From contig NIVC01000977.1 in assembly GCA_002269645.1 (NCBI GenBank), positions 186,001 through 250,000 on the forward strand: a stretch of DNA of 64,000 bases, read 5' to 3'. The position numbers were made by a program, and so were the translations under genes. Source of the stretch: Macrostomum lignano. Lineage: Eukaryota. The notes below the pieces were generated by a model. That model made no database searches. It was not told the DNA's origin and worked only from the letters and a program-made list of their open reading frames with translations. Positions 36,917-50,458 of the stretch are shown here, piece by piece; positions within the stretch are counted from its first letter, which is position 1, and every line of letters starts with the position of its first letter.

Positions 36917-37413
36917 CTTTGCTGGATGAACCACAGGAGTTTTACATAACCTACAAACTAGCCTAATGTTTGTTATATGCTACTGATAGTAAGCCGGTCC
37001 GTGTTTTCTTCTGTTCTCTTCTTAAATAACTAGATGAGTTTGTACTTGTAATCGCATATGCAGTAAAAAGCTGTCTTTGTCTGTCAATCTCTGCCCATAT
37101 TGATAATCTTTAAGCTACCATCTGTTCTGATATCTGAAATATGCTCTCGGGAATTAATTATTTACAAATATTCAGTCTTCGGGTCAGAAAGTACTTTTGT
37201 TTGTACTCTATTGCTTTTGCCAATTCAATTATATGGTAACTAGAGTGCAAAAGTCGAAGCGTGGTTACATAATATTACTAGAAAATTTAATGACACTTAA
37301 CAAGCTCACTCAACTTTAACATTGTAATTAAAAATTTGAAATAGACTTGTTTTAGTTTTTTATTTCAACAAATTTAAGGGCTTTTGTGTATTAAATACTG
37401 AAGATCGCTATGT

Positions 37414-37730
37414 TTGGGCCAGCCTCCCAGGTCCTCAGTTGCTGGGCCAGCCTCCCAGATCCCCAGTTGCTGGGCCAGCCTCCCAGATCCCCAGTTGCTG
37501 GGCCAGCCTCCCAGATCCTCAGTTGCTGGGCCAACCTCCCAGATCCTCAGTTGCTGGGCCAACCTCCCAGATCCTCAATTTCTGGTCCAGCCTCCCAGAT
37601 TCTCAGTTGCTGGGCCAACCTCCCAGATCCTCAATTTCTAGGTTAGCCTTCCAGATTCTCAGTTGCTGGGCCAACCTCCCAGATCCTCAATTTCTAGGTT
37701 AGCCTTCCAGATTCTCAGTTGCTGGGCCAT
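37414..37730. repeat. 28-bp intergenic minisatellite
   Basis: GCTGGGCCAGCCTCCCAGATCCTCAGTT units. Confidence 0.9.
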
Positions 37731-37858
37731 TGTCATCCTTCCATATCCCCAGGTTGAGCTCAGAACTCATATTTAGATTCTCATAGCTTAAGCAGAAGAT
37801 CAAATACTGTACAGACTCGCCAACACTTTCCAGCTGCCTCAGTGCTGCACCCCCGGCA

Positions 37859-40122
37859 ATGCTTAAACTGGTGCTTCTGGCCCTGCTGTGGTGCCTGGCA
37901 GCCAGATCAGGCGCCGACTCGATTCGTTGCAGTCCGCAGTATTGGCTGCCAGCCTTCTCCGATGCCGCGCCCGCGGGCAGTGACGAAAGCCGCAAGCTGG
38001 CCAGCGGATTCTATCGATTAGCCTACTGGCGTAGCTTTGAGCTGCTGCCAACTGATGAGGCGGGCGAATCCACTGTTAGTTATTTAGTCCATCACTTTAT
38101 TTATACTGCCGTTGTCATGGCAACTGAATATCGATAAGTTTGAATCAAATAAGTATTTTTGTCCCTACCTGTCAGGCCGCTCTATCCTGGCTAACCAATC
38201 GATGTCGAAGTGAATCGGCCTCCAATTCGGTAGCCGAGGTTGCTAAGGATGACTCATCAGCTGTTCAGCTGCTTACCGACAGTCACCTGCAGAAGGCCGG
38301 CAACTTGTTACTATGGCCTATGGCTGATTATTCAAGTCCGACTAGCAGTCCCATAGTTACTATCGTTCCGGTAGTGATGCAGTCTCGAGGCGTCTCAAAT
38401 TCTAGCATTTTGTACGGCTACAATGCGCCTTCGCCTAGTACTGTGAGTAGTGTAAATGGGGGCTGATGATAGGACTTGGTTCGATTCTGTATTCTTTACA
38501 TTCAGATGCACTTTGGACGCAACTCAGTGATTCTGCAGCGACTCTGGCACGCCTCAGATACGACTCTACGCCCCCAGAGTCATTTCAGAGTCGCAGATAA
38601 TAAAGCGTCTCAAATTGAAGACTTGTACTATGACATCCAGCGCGGCGCTCTGATGTGCCAGCGGCCCAGGTTCGATTTCCAAGTGCAGTCACATTAATTT
38701 GGGTCTATAAAATTGAAATCTCGGCTTGGCTCTGCTCGTTAAATTAACGCCCAGCTTGAGGGCCAAAGATAAATATAAAAAGTACAACGCGCCCCATCCC
38801 GCCCGCAGCAGCATTCAAGCGAACCTCTGTCCATGCCAGCAACAGAAGCTCCAGCGGGCAGCAACAAGCTGGCCTTTCTACACGTGTCCCGCGGTAGACT
38901 CGGCCTTCAGTTCTCCTCTATTGGCCGGGCCAGCTTAATTGCTTGCACAGTCCGGAGTGGCGCTGACGGCAAATACAGTGCACCCCTTGCCGTGGCCTCC
39001 TCGTCTCCTTTGCTGTCCGCCTGCCTGCTGCTGACTCCCGTGCTGGCGGCCCTGACTCTCGCCCTGTCTGCTGGCTTCGTCTGCTGGACCTGGCGGCGCT
39101 CGGTCCGGCCCAGCCTGGCCTCAGCCCTTGCTGCAGCCACCTCGGCTGCCACCGCAGCGTCATCTTGCAGTCTGACTGGTTAGTGTTTGCTTTGGTGAGA
39201 TTTTGTAGGATTCTTTAGTGTGATTTTGTAGGATTCTTTAGTGAGATTTTGTAGGATTCTTTAGTGTGATTTTGTTAGGTTCTTAGGTAGTGAGATTTTG
39301 TAGAATTGTTCAGTGAGGTTTTGTAGGATTCTTGGGTGAGATTTTGTAGGATTCTTTAGTTTTTTTTAGGATTCTTTAGTGTGATTTTGTTAGGATTCTT
39401 TAGTGAGATTTTGTAGGATTTTTTAGTGAGATTTTGTAGGATTCTTGGGTGAGATTTTGTAGAATTCTTTAGTGAGATTTTGTAGAATTCTTTAGTGAGA
39501 TTTTGTAGGATTCTTGGGTGAGATTTTGTAGAATTCTTTAGTGAGATTTTGTAGAATTCTTTAGTGAGATTTTGTAGGATTCTTTAGTGAGATTTTGTAG
39601 GATTGTTTAGTGAGATTTTGTAGAATTGTTTAGTGAGATTTTGTAATATTCTTTAGTGTGATGTTGTAAGATTCTTGTGTGAGATTTTGTAGGATTCTCG
39701 GGTGAGATTTCGTTAGATTGTTTATTGAGATTTTGTAGGATTCTTGGGTGAGATTTTGTAGGATTCTTGGGTGAGATTTTGTAGGATTCTTGGGTGAGAT
39801 TTTGTAGGATTCTTGGGTGAGATTTTGTAGGATTCTTGGGTGAGATTTTGTTGGATTCTTTAGTGAGATTTTCTTACCTAAAGCTATGAGTTCCCTGCCA
39901 ATCGCACTGCAGACTCCTGGCGTTGCCCGTCCCACCAGCAGCAGCAGCATCAGGTGTCTTTTGCCGTGCCACCGCCGCTCTCCTTTCAACAGCGCTGCTT
40001 GCCGAGAGCCCGGTCGACGCCCTATTCTTCTTGTCGGCAGCAGAAGCTGCATCAACAGCAGCAACATCTGCCTATGCAAATCCTGTCTGGAGACAGCGTT
40101 AGTCACAGCAATGCTGAGATAA
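37859..40122 (+). CDS. Uncharacterised type I single-pass membrane protein, about 422 aa
   Basis: join(37859..38074,38176..38442,38506..38682,38809..39178,39884..40122); GT-AG and in phase throughout. Signal peptide MLKLVLLALLWCLAARSGA; TM LLSACLLLTPVLAALTLALSAGFVCW followed by RR; Cys-rich tail. Confidence 0.72.
39192..39872. repeat. 23-bp minisatellite in the last intron of the orphan gene
   Basis: GAGATTTTGTAGGATTCTTGGGT units. Confidence 0.93.
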
Positions 40123-40511
40123 CCTGATCAGTTCGATTAGTCACTGTTTTTTTATTATTGTTTACATAGCTGCTTTATTTTCAATTGATGAAAGGCTCAG
40201 GTTTATATAAGCTGCATTTTAAGCCTAAATAATAATATTACTAATAAGAACTGTTATTATTGCTAACTTTTCTCTATTTCGATTTTTGTTCGCAACTTTT
40301 TTTACAAAACTTTAAAAATTCTAAGAAATATGCAATTTTTTTCGAAGACTTTGACGACTGTTTATTGTTGGACTTATTTGGTCGTTTATTCTACGCAAAT
40401 AATTTTGCGGCAAATTGTCTACTTCTTAATCATTACCGGTGCAGTTGCATCATTTTCGGGTCTTTGTTTAGGTTTACTCCTTTAAAATTTTAATTCATTT
40501 ACAAGATTATT

Positions 40512-41078
40512 CTGATTCCGAGTCCCATATCCCTGATTTCGAGTCCCGATTCGCTGATTCCGAGTCCCGTTTGCCTGATTCCGAGTCCTGATAACCTGAT
40601 TCCGAGTCCTGATTACCTGATTCCGAGTCCTGATTACCTGATTCCGAGTCCTGATTACCTGATTCCGAGTCCCGTTTGTCTGATTCCGAGTCCTGATTAC
40701 CTGATTCCGAGTCCCGATTGTCTGATTCCGAGTCCTGATTACCTGATTCCGAGTCCTGATTACCTGATTCCGAGTCCCGTTTGTCTGATTCCGAGTCCTG
40801 ATTACCCAATTCCGAATCCTGATTACCCAATTCCGAGCCCCGATTACCTGATTCCGAGTCCTAAATCCCTGATTCCGAGTCTCAATTCTCTGATTCCGAG
40901 TCCCAATTCCCTGATTCCGAGTCCTAAATCCCTGATTCTGAGTCCCGATTACCTGATTCCGAGTCCTGATTACCGGATTCCGAATCACAATTCCCTGATT
41001 CCGAGTCCCAATTCCCTGATTCCGAGTCCCAATTCCCTGATTCCGAGTCTCAATTCCCTGATTCCGAATTCCTAATCC
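40512..41078. repeat. 21-bp intergenic minisatellite
   Basis: CTGATTCCGAGTCCTGATTAC units. Confidence 0.93.
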
Positions 41079-41207
41079 CCGAACTTCTTTTTGGAAGGAA
41101 TTTTAGAAACTTTTTAGAAGGTAAATAATGCAATTTTCGTGAGTATATTCTTTCTGATTCCAAAACTGAAATCTTCCTGCAAACTCAGTCAGCTCGAACG
41201 CAGCGAC

Positions 41208-44200
41208 ATGCCATCGAAGCCTTCGTCAGCCAGCAAGGAGGAGCTGCTGGCTCTGACAGTGTCGGAGATCATCAAAGTTCTCATTCAGTCGCACAAGGAA
41301 GGCAAAGATGTTAACTTGAATAAGTGAGTCAGAAGCTTAGTTGAGAGAACCAGTTGCTGGGATGGCGGCATCTCTACATGTACCTGTACATTTGTGGGCA
41401 GGGCAGCTTCTCTAGCATGCTTAGGATTATCATGGCGCTTAGTAGATCTGGAATCTAGATACATGTAGCTCGTACGTAGACACTAGATCTATATACACAC
41501 ACTGAATAGATCTACTCGTAGATATTCGCAGAGTAAATCTAAATAATCCTCAGAGTAAATCCCGTTCCGCAGCTTTTATCTACAAACCTACACAGGCAGA
41601 TATAGATACATTCATGCTAGATCTAGATACACAGAAACACATCTAGATGCATTGAAACTAAATCTAGATAAACAGCTCTAGATACACACAGACTATATCT
41701 AGATACACACAGACTATATCTAGATACACACAGACTATATCTAGATACACACAGACTATATCTAGATACGCACAGACTATATCTAGATACACACAGACTA
41801 TATCTAGATGCACACAGACTATATCTAGATACACACAGACTATATCTAGATACACACAGACTATATCTAGATACACACAGACTATATCTAGATACGCACA
41901 GACTATATCTAGATACACAGACTATATCTAGATACGCAGACTATATCTAGATACGCACAGACTATATCTAGATACGCACAGACTATATCTAGATACACAC
42001 CGACTATATCTAGATACACACAGACTATATCTAGACACACAGACTATATCTAGATACACACAGACTATATCTAGACACACAGACTATATCTAGATACACA
42101 CAGACTAGATATAAATGCATTCAGACTAGATCTCGATTCAAACTCTAGCGCAATCTAACACCACATATTCACCATGACTGTCTCCAACTGCAGGCTGAAG
42201 AACTCAGTATCCAGTAAAAACGGCCTGTCCTCGCAGCCTAAGCTGGTTGACATCATAGCCGGAGTCCCGGCCGAGTACCGGTCCAGTCTGCTGCCCAAGC
42301 TCAAGGCCAAGCCAATCCGAACAGCCAGCGGCATCGCCGTTGTAGCCGTCATGTGCAAGCCGCACCGCTGTCCCCATATCGCTTTGACTGGCAACATCTG
42401 CGTGTACTGTCCTGGCGGTCCGGATAGCGACTTTGAGTATTCTACTCAGTCCTATACTGGCTATGAGCCCACGTCTATGAGAGCGATTCGGGCTAGGTAT
42501 AATCCATACGTGCAGACCCGGCATAGGGTGAGCTGATCGCTGCTTGTGTGTGTGCTAATTTGGAAATGTAAGATTAGGATGGAAATCTGGAGGGTTAGAA
42601 AGGATTCGGGATTCAGGGACTAGAAATCGGGATTAATGGTCTGAAAAATCAGGAATCAAGGATTAAAAATCGGGATTCACAAATTAGAAATAGGAATTCA
42701 CAATTTGAAAATCAGGGTTTACATATTAAATATCAGTATTCACTGATTACAAATCGGGATTCACAGTTTAGAAATCGGAGCTAACAGATTAGAAATCGGA
42801 ATTCACAGATAAGAAATCAGGATTCACTGATTAACGATAGGGATTCACAGATTCGAAATCGGAATCACAGATTCGAAATCGGGATTCACAGATTAGAAAT
42901 CGGAATTCACTGATTAACAATCGGGATTCACAAATTAGAAATCGGGATTCACAGATTAAAAATCGGGATTCGCAGATAAGAAATCAGGATTCACTGATTA
43001 ACGATAGGGATTCACAGATTAGAAATCGGGAGTCACAGGTTAGAAATCGGGATTCACAGATTAGAAATCCGGATTCACAGATAAGAAATCCGGGTTCACT
43101 GATTAGAAATCCCGATTCACAGATTAGAAATCGGGATTCACAGATTAGAAATCGGGATTCACAGATTAGAAATCGGGATTCACAGATTAGAAATCCGGAT
43201 TCACAGATTAGAAATCCGGATTCACAGATTAGAAATCGGGATTCACAGATTAGAAATCCGGATTCACAGATTAGAAATCAGGATTCACAGATTAGAAATC
43301 CGGATTCACAGATTAGAAATCCGGATTCACAGATTAGAAATCCGGATTCACTGATTAACAATAGGGATTCACTGATTAGAAATCCGGATTCACAGATAAG
43401 GAATCGGGATTCACCGATTAACGATAGGGATTCACAGATTAGAAATCCGGATTCACAGAATAGAAATCGGGATTCACAGATTAGAAATCGGGATTCACTG
43501 ATAAGAAATCCGGATTCACTGATTAAAAATCGGGATTCACAGGCTAAAAATCGGGATTTACAGATTAGAAATCGGGATTCACTGATTAGAAATCGGGATT
43601 CACTGATTAACAATCAGAATTCACAGGTTAGAAATCCGGATTCACAAATTAGAAATCGGGATTCACTGATTAACAATTGGGATTCACAGGTTAGAAATCG
43701 GGATTCACTGATTAACAATCAGGATTCACAGGTTAGAAATCAGAATTCACAGATATAAATCGGGATTCACTGATTAACAATTGGGATTCACAGGTTAGAA
43801 ATCGGGTTTCACAGGTTAGAAATCGGGATTCACTGATTAAAAATCGGGATTCACTGATTAACAATCGGGATTCACTGATTAACAATCGGGATTCACTGAT
43901 TAACAATCGGGATTCACTGATTAACAATCGGGATCCCACTAAAAATTGTGGTTAATATATTTAAATAGGGTTATAAAGATTTAAAATCTATATTCAGAGA
44001 CTGATTTTCGAATTAAGGATTCGGGTTGTATACTAATTCTCAAGCTCCTGTGCATATGCAGGTCGAACAGCTGCAAGAGCTGGGCCATAGCGTTGACAAG
44101 GTTGAGTTCATCGTGATGGGCGGCACCTTCATGGCCCTGCCCGAGTCCTATAGAGACTACTTCATCCGCAATCTGCACGACGCTTTGTCTGGCCATCACA

Positions 44201-47200
44201 GCTCCAGCGTGCAGGAGGCTGTGCGCTACTCTGAGCGCAGCAAAACCCGCTGCATCGGCATCACTATTGAGACTAGGCCGGACTATTGTCTGCGCAAGCA
44301 CCTGTCTGATATGCTCAGGTGAGGCTTGGCTCTCATCAATCGTCCCCCATTTACCCCACTAACAATACCCGCCCTTTACCAACCTCAAGAATCGCCCTTT
44401 ACCGACCTCAAGAATCATCGCCCCTTTACCGAACTCAAGAATCGCCCTTTACCGACCTCAAGAATCACCCCATTACCGACCTCAAGAATCACCCCATTAC
44501 CGACCTTAAGAATCGCCCTTTACCGGCCTCAAGAATCGCCCTTTACCGGCCTCAAGAATCATCCCATTACCGGCCTCAATAATCATCGCCCCTTTACCGA
44601 ACTCAAGAATCGCCCTTTACCGACCTCAAGAATCACCCCATTACCGACCTCAAGAATCACCCCATTACCGACCTCAAGAATCATCCCTTTACCGGCCTCA
44701 AGAATCACCCCATTACCGACCTCAAGAATCACCCCATTACCGACCTTAAGAATCGCCCTTTACCGGCCTCAAGAATCGCCCTTTACCGGCCTCAAGAATC
44801 ATCCCATTACCGGCCTCAATAATCATCGCCCCTTTACCGAACTCAAGAATCGCCCTTTACCGACCTCAAGAATCACCCCATTACCGACCTCAAGAATCAT
44901 CCCATTACCGACCTCAAGAATCATCCCTTTACCGGCCTCAAGAATCATCCCATTACCGACCTCAAGAATCACCCCATTACCGACCTTAAGAATCGCCCTT
45001 TACCGGCCTCAAGAATCGCCCTTTACCGGCCTCAAGAATCATCCCATTACCGGCCTCAATAATCATCGCCCCTTTACCGAACTCAAGAATCGCCCTTTAC
45101 CGACCTCAAGAATCACCCCATTACCGACCTCAAGAATCACCCCATTACCGACCTCAAGAATCATCCCTTTACCGGCCTCAAGAATCACCCCATTACCGAC
45201 CTCAAGAATCACCCATTACCGACCTTAAGAATCGCCCTTTACCGGCCTCAAGAATCGCCCTTTACCGGCCTCAAGAATCGCCCCATTGCCGACCTCAAGA
45301 ATCATCGCCCCTTTACCGACCTCAAGAATCGCCCTTTACCGACCTCAAGAATCGCCCTTTACCGGCCTCAAGAATCATCCCATTACCGGCCTCGAGAATC
45401 GCCCTTTACCGGCCTCAAGAATCACCCCATTACCAACCTTAAGAATCGCCCTTAACCGGCCTCAAGAATCGCCCTTTACCGGCCTCAAGAATCATCCCAT
45501 TACCGGCCTCAAGAATCATCCCATTACCGACCTCAAGAATCACCCCATTACCAACCTTAAGAATCGCCCTTTACCGGCCTCAAGAATCGCCCTTTACCGG
45601 CCTCAAGAATCGCCCTTTACCGGCCTCAAGAATCATCCCATTACCGGCCTCAAGAATCGCCCTTTACCGGCCTCAAGAATCATCCCATTACCGGCCTCAA
45701 GAATAATCCCATTACCGGCCTCAAGAATCATCCCATTACCGGCCTCAAGAATCATCCCATTACCGGCCTCAAGAATCACCCCATTACCGACCTCAAGAAT
45801 CGCCCTTTACCGACCTCAAGAATCACCCCATTACCGACCTCAAGAATCACCCCATTACCAACCTTAAGAATCGCCCTTTACCGGCCTCAAGAATCGCCCT
45901 TTACCGGCCTCAAGAATCATCCCATTACCGGCCTCAAGAATCATCCCATTACCGGCCTCAAGAATCGCCCTTTACCGGCCTCAAGAATCATCCCATTACC
46001 GGCCTCAAGAATCGCCCTTTACCGGCCTCAAGAATCGCCCTTTACCGGCCTCAAGAATCATCCCATTACCGGCCTCAAGAATAATCCCATTACCGGCCTC
46101 AAGAATCGCCCTTTACCGGCCTCAAGAATCATCCCATTACCGGCCTCAAGAATCACCCATTACCGACCTCAAGAATCGCCCTTTACCGACCTCAAGAATC
46201 ACCCCATTACCGACCTCAAGAATCACCCCATTACCGACCTTAAGAATCGCCCTTTACCGGCCTCAAGAATCGCCCTTTACCGGCCTCAAGAATCATCCCA
46301 TTACCGGCCTCAAGAATCATCCCATTACCGGCCTCAAGAATCATCCCATTACCGGCCTCAAGAATCGCCCTTTACCGACCTCAAAAATCGCCCTTTACCG
46401 GCCTCAAGAATCATCCCATTACCGGCCTCAAGAATCATCCCATTACCGACCTTAAGAATCGCCCTTTACCGGCCTCAAGTATCGCCCTTTACCGGCCTCA
46501 AGAATCATCCCATTACCGGCCTCAAGAATCATCCCATTACCGGCCTCAAGAATCGCCCTTTACCGGCCTCAAGAATCATCCCATTACCGGCCTCAAGAAT
46601 CGCCCTTTACCGACCTCAAGAATCGCCCTTTACCGGCCTCAAGAATCATCCCATTACCGGCCTCAAGAATCGCCCTTTACCGACCTCAAGAATCGCCCTT
46701 TACCGGCCTCAAGAATCGCCCTTTACCGACCTGAAGAATCACCCCATTACCGACCTCAAGAATCACCCCATTACCGGCCTCAAGAATCGCCCTTTACCGG
46801 CCTCAAGAATCATCCCATTACCAACCTTAAGAATCGCCCTTTACCGACCTCAAGAATCGCCCTTTACCGGCCTCAAGAATCATCCCATTACCGGCCTCAA
46901 AAATCGCCCTTTACCGACCTCAAGTATCGCCCTTTACCGGCCTCAAGAATCGCCCTTTACCGACCTCAAGAATCACCCCATTACCGACCTCAAGAATCAC
47001 CCCATTACCGACCTTAAGAATCGCCCTTTACCGGCCTCAAGAATCGCCCTTTACCGGCCTCAAGAATCATCCCATTACCGGCCTCAGGAATCATCCCATT
47101 ACCGGCCTCAAGAATCGCCCTTTACCGGCCTCAAGAATCATCCCATTACCGGCCTCAAGAATCGCCCTTTACCGGCCTCAAGAATCGCCCTTTACCGGCC

Positions 47201-49156
47201 TCAAGAATCATCCCATTACCGGCATCAAGAATCATACCATTACCGGCCTCAAGAATCGCCCTTTACTGCACCTCCCACTTCCTCAGCTACGGCTGCACCC
47301 GCCTAGAAATCGGAGTCCAAAGCGTCTACGAAGACGTGGCCCGGGACACGAACCGGGGCCACACTGTCCGATCGGTTTGCGAAAGCTTTCAACTGTCCAA
47401 GGACGCCGGCTTCAAAGTGGTGTCGCACATGATGCCAGATCTGCCCAACGTTGGCTACGAGCGGGATATGGAACAGTTTCGCGAGTTCTTTGAGAATCCC
47501 GACTTCCGACCGGATGGATTGAAAATCTATCCAACTCTGGTGATTCGGGGCACCGGACTTTATGAGCTGTGGCGCACCGGCCGGTACAAGAGCTATCCGG
47601 CTAACCAGCTTGTTGACCTCATTGCTCGGATTCTTGCCCTGGTTAGTTACCAAGTCTTAATTCCCGCCCACGCACTTTTATTTTATTTGCCACCGAGAAT
47701 GCATTTAGGATCTTACTGTCCACCCACGCATTCCTACTATACGCCCACACAATCCTACTATCCGCCCACGCATTCCTACTATCCGCCCACACAATCCTGT
47801 CCGCCAACATCCTACTTTCCTACTATCCACCCACGCATTTCTACTGTCCGCCCACGCAATCCTAATACTATCCGCTCACGCAATCCTACTACTATCCGCC
47901 CACGCAATCCTACTATCCGCCCACGCAATCCCACCACAATCCATCCACGCAAACCTACTACTGTCCGCCCACGCAATCCTACTACTATCCGCCCACGCAA
48001 TCCTACTACTGTCCGCCCACGCAATCCTACTACTGTCCGCCCACGCAATCCTACTACTATCCACCCACACAATCCTTCTATCCACCCACGCATTCCTACT
48101 ATCCGCCCACGCAATCCCACCACAATCCATCCACGCAAACCTACTACTGTCCGCCCACGCAATCCTACTACTATCCGCCCACGCAATCCTACTATCCGCC
48201 CACGCAATCCCACCACAATCCATCCACGCAAACCTACTACTGTCCGCCCACGCAATCCTACTACTATCCGCCCACGCAATCCTACTATCCGCCCACGCAA
48301 TCCCACCACAATCCATCCACGCAAACCTACTACTGTCCGCCCACGCAATCCTACTACTATCCGCCCACGCAATCCTACTACTGTCCGCCCACGCAATCCT
48401 ACTACTGTCCGCCCACGCAATCCTACTACTATCCACCCACACAATCCTTCTATCCACCCACGCATTCCTACTATCCGCCCACGCATTCCAACAGGTGCCG
48501 CCCTGGACTCGAGTCTATCGGGTACAGCGCGACATCCCGATGCCCCTAGTAACATCCGGAGTCGAGCATGGCAACCTTCGCGAATTGGCTCTGGCTAGAA
48601 TGCGCGATCTCGGCACCGAATGCCGGGACGTTCGAACTCGCGAGGTTGGCGTACAGGAGCTGCACAAGCGGGTCCGGCCCTACGAAGTCGAACTGCTGCG
48701 GAGAGACTACGCTGCCAACGGCGGCTGGGAGACCTTCCTCAGCTATGAGGATCCGCAGCAGGTAACTATATTGATGACCGAACCTGACCAATCAATTCTA
48801 CCTGACCAACTGAAATCCAACCCTCACCCGCCGCTCCGCAGGACATCCTGGTTGGGCTGCTCCGGCTTCGCCGCCTCTCCTCCGAGGCCACCGTCCACCG
48901 GCCGGAGCTTCGCGGCGGCGTCTCAATCGTTCGCGAGTTGCACGTCTACGGCGCGGCCGTCCCAGTCAGCGCCCGCGACCCGGCCAAATTCCAGCACCAG
49001 GGCTTCGGCCAGCTGCTCATGGAGGAGGCCGAGCGCATCGCCAGGTCCGAGCACGGCGCCTCCAAGCTGGCCGTCATCTCCGGGGTTGGCACCAGGAATT
49101 ACTATGCTAAACTGGGCTACCGGCTGGAGGGGCCGTACATGGTCAAGTGCCTGTGA
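41208..49156 (+). CDS. ELP3: Elongator complex protein 3 (radical SAM plus acetyltransferase), 547 aa
   Basis: join(41208..41323,42194..42527,44062..44318,47287..47641,48495..48761,48842..49156) = 1644 nt. [60 protein letters not shown]. Confidence 0.98.
41664..42108. repeat. 21-bp minisatellite, ELP3 intron 1
   Basis: CTAGATACACACAGACTATAT units. Confidence 0.93.
42620..43935. repeat. 21-bp minisatellite, ELP3 intron 2
   Basis: GATTCACAGATTAGAAATCGG units, more degenerate at the 5' edge. Confidence 0.93.
44371..47268. repeat. 23-bp minisatellite, ELP3 intron 3 (2.9 kb)
   Basis: TTTACCGGCCTCAAGAATCGCCC / ATTACCGACCTCAAGAATCACCCC variants, with larger duplicated blocks. Confidence 0.95.
47705..48491. 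repeat. ~24-bp minisatellite, ELP3 intron 4
   Basis: CCTACTACTATCCGCCCACGCAAT units running up to the acceptor. Confidence 0.93.
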
Positions 49157-49185
49157 GCCGCGGAGCTTTGGTGAGCTCGCTTCCT

Positions 49186-49202
49186 GTGTCTGTCTGTGTG
49201 TG

Positions 49203-49240
<38 letters not shown>

Positions 49241-49298
49241 CCTGTCCGTCTGTCATTCTTAGTGTGTCTGTCTGCCTGTCTGTCTGTCAGGCTTAATG

Positions 49299-49337
<39 letters not shown>

Positions 49338-49399
49338 GTGTGTGTCTCCGTCTGTCTGTCTGTGTGTGTGTCCGTCTGTCTGTCTGTGTGTGTGTCTCC

Positions 49400-49435
<36 letters not shown>

Positions 49436-49498
49436 GTTTGTCTGTCTGTCTGTCTGTGTGTGTGTCTCCGTCTGTCTGTCTGTCTATCTGTCTGTCTA

Positions 49499-49547
<49 letters not shown>

Positions 49548-49550
49548 TTT

Positions 49551-49603
<53 letters not shown>

Positions 49604-49720
49604 TTTTCTGTCTGTCTGTCTGTCTGTCTGTGTCTGTATGTCTGCCTTTTTGTCTGTCTGTCTGTCGTGTTGTCTTTATGTCTTAATGTCTGTCTGCTTT
49701 GTCTTCGCGTCTGTCTGTCC
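49186..49720. repeat. (TCTG)n microsatellite just 3' of the ELP3 stop
   Basis: Imperfect TCTG/TG array. Confidence 0.95.
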
Positions 49721-50221
49721 CTTTCTGCTACCAGGTCATTTTGTACATTCTTTGTAGTACTAGTCTCTCCTAGTGTTTGTCTTGTTTGGATTTATTAGTG
49801 TCATTCTTAGTATGAAAAATATTTCTTCTGTAAACGATAAGCCATATTTATAAATCTAATTTAATGCCCATGCGATTTTACTTCCAGACGACCAGCTTCC
49901 ACGTCAACTTGAATATTGCGCCTGAGGACAAGTTTGATTTACAATTATCAGCTTTTGAATTTGAACAGAAAAATTGGAACACTGTGCGTTTAAACTGGTC
50001 ATCTGATGCGTTTCTCGTCTGCTTATCAGTTTCATTGTGAAATAATGCATTATATTTAATAAATAAATATGTTATTTGAGACTGCGAATATAGGGTTTAT
50101 TTTCATTTATCGTGGTGATTGATTGTGATGAGCAAAATTTATCCATATTACGAACCTATGTTTACTTTATTATTTTGGAAGTTGTGAACGGTTTTTTAAT
50201 TCTTCAGTAGCTGAAGAATGC

Positions 50222-50456
50222 AGCTACCCTCCCTGGTTGTTCATTGGGGATGCCGCCTACCCTCCCTGTTTGTTCATTGGGAATGCCGCTTACCCTCCCT
50301 GATTGTTCATTGGGGATGCCGCTTACCCTCCATGATGCTTCAGTGGGGATGCCGCTTACCCACCATGATGCTTCAGTGGGGATGCCGCTTACCCACCATG
50401 ATGCTTCAGTGGGGATGCCGCTTACCCACCATGATTTTTTATTGGGGATGCCGCTA
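50222..50456. repeat. 33-bp tandem repeat, about 7 copies
   Basis: GGGGATGCCGCTTACCCACCATGATGCTTCAGT units. Confidence 0.9.
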
Positions 50457-50458
50457 TC

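Noticed and set aside
44326-48598. Long Pro/Arg/Thr ORFs, and an apparent 420-aa ELP3 read-through
   Set aside because: Repeat-derived; ELP3 splices cleanly at 47641/48495 to give a 547-aa protein.
49888-50043. ~50-codon open stretch after a TTCCAG acceptor
   Set aside because: No recognisable motif, partner exon or start; cannot be supported.
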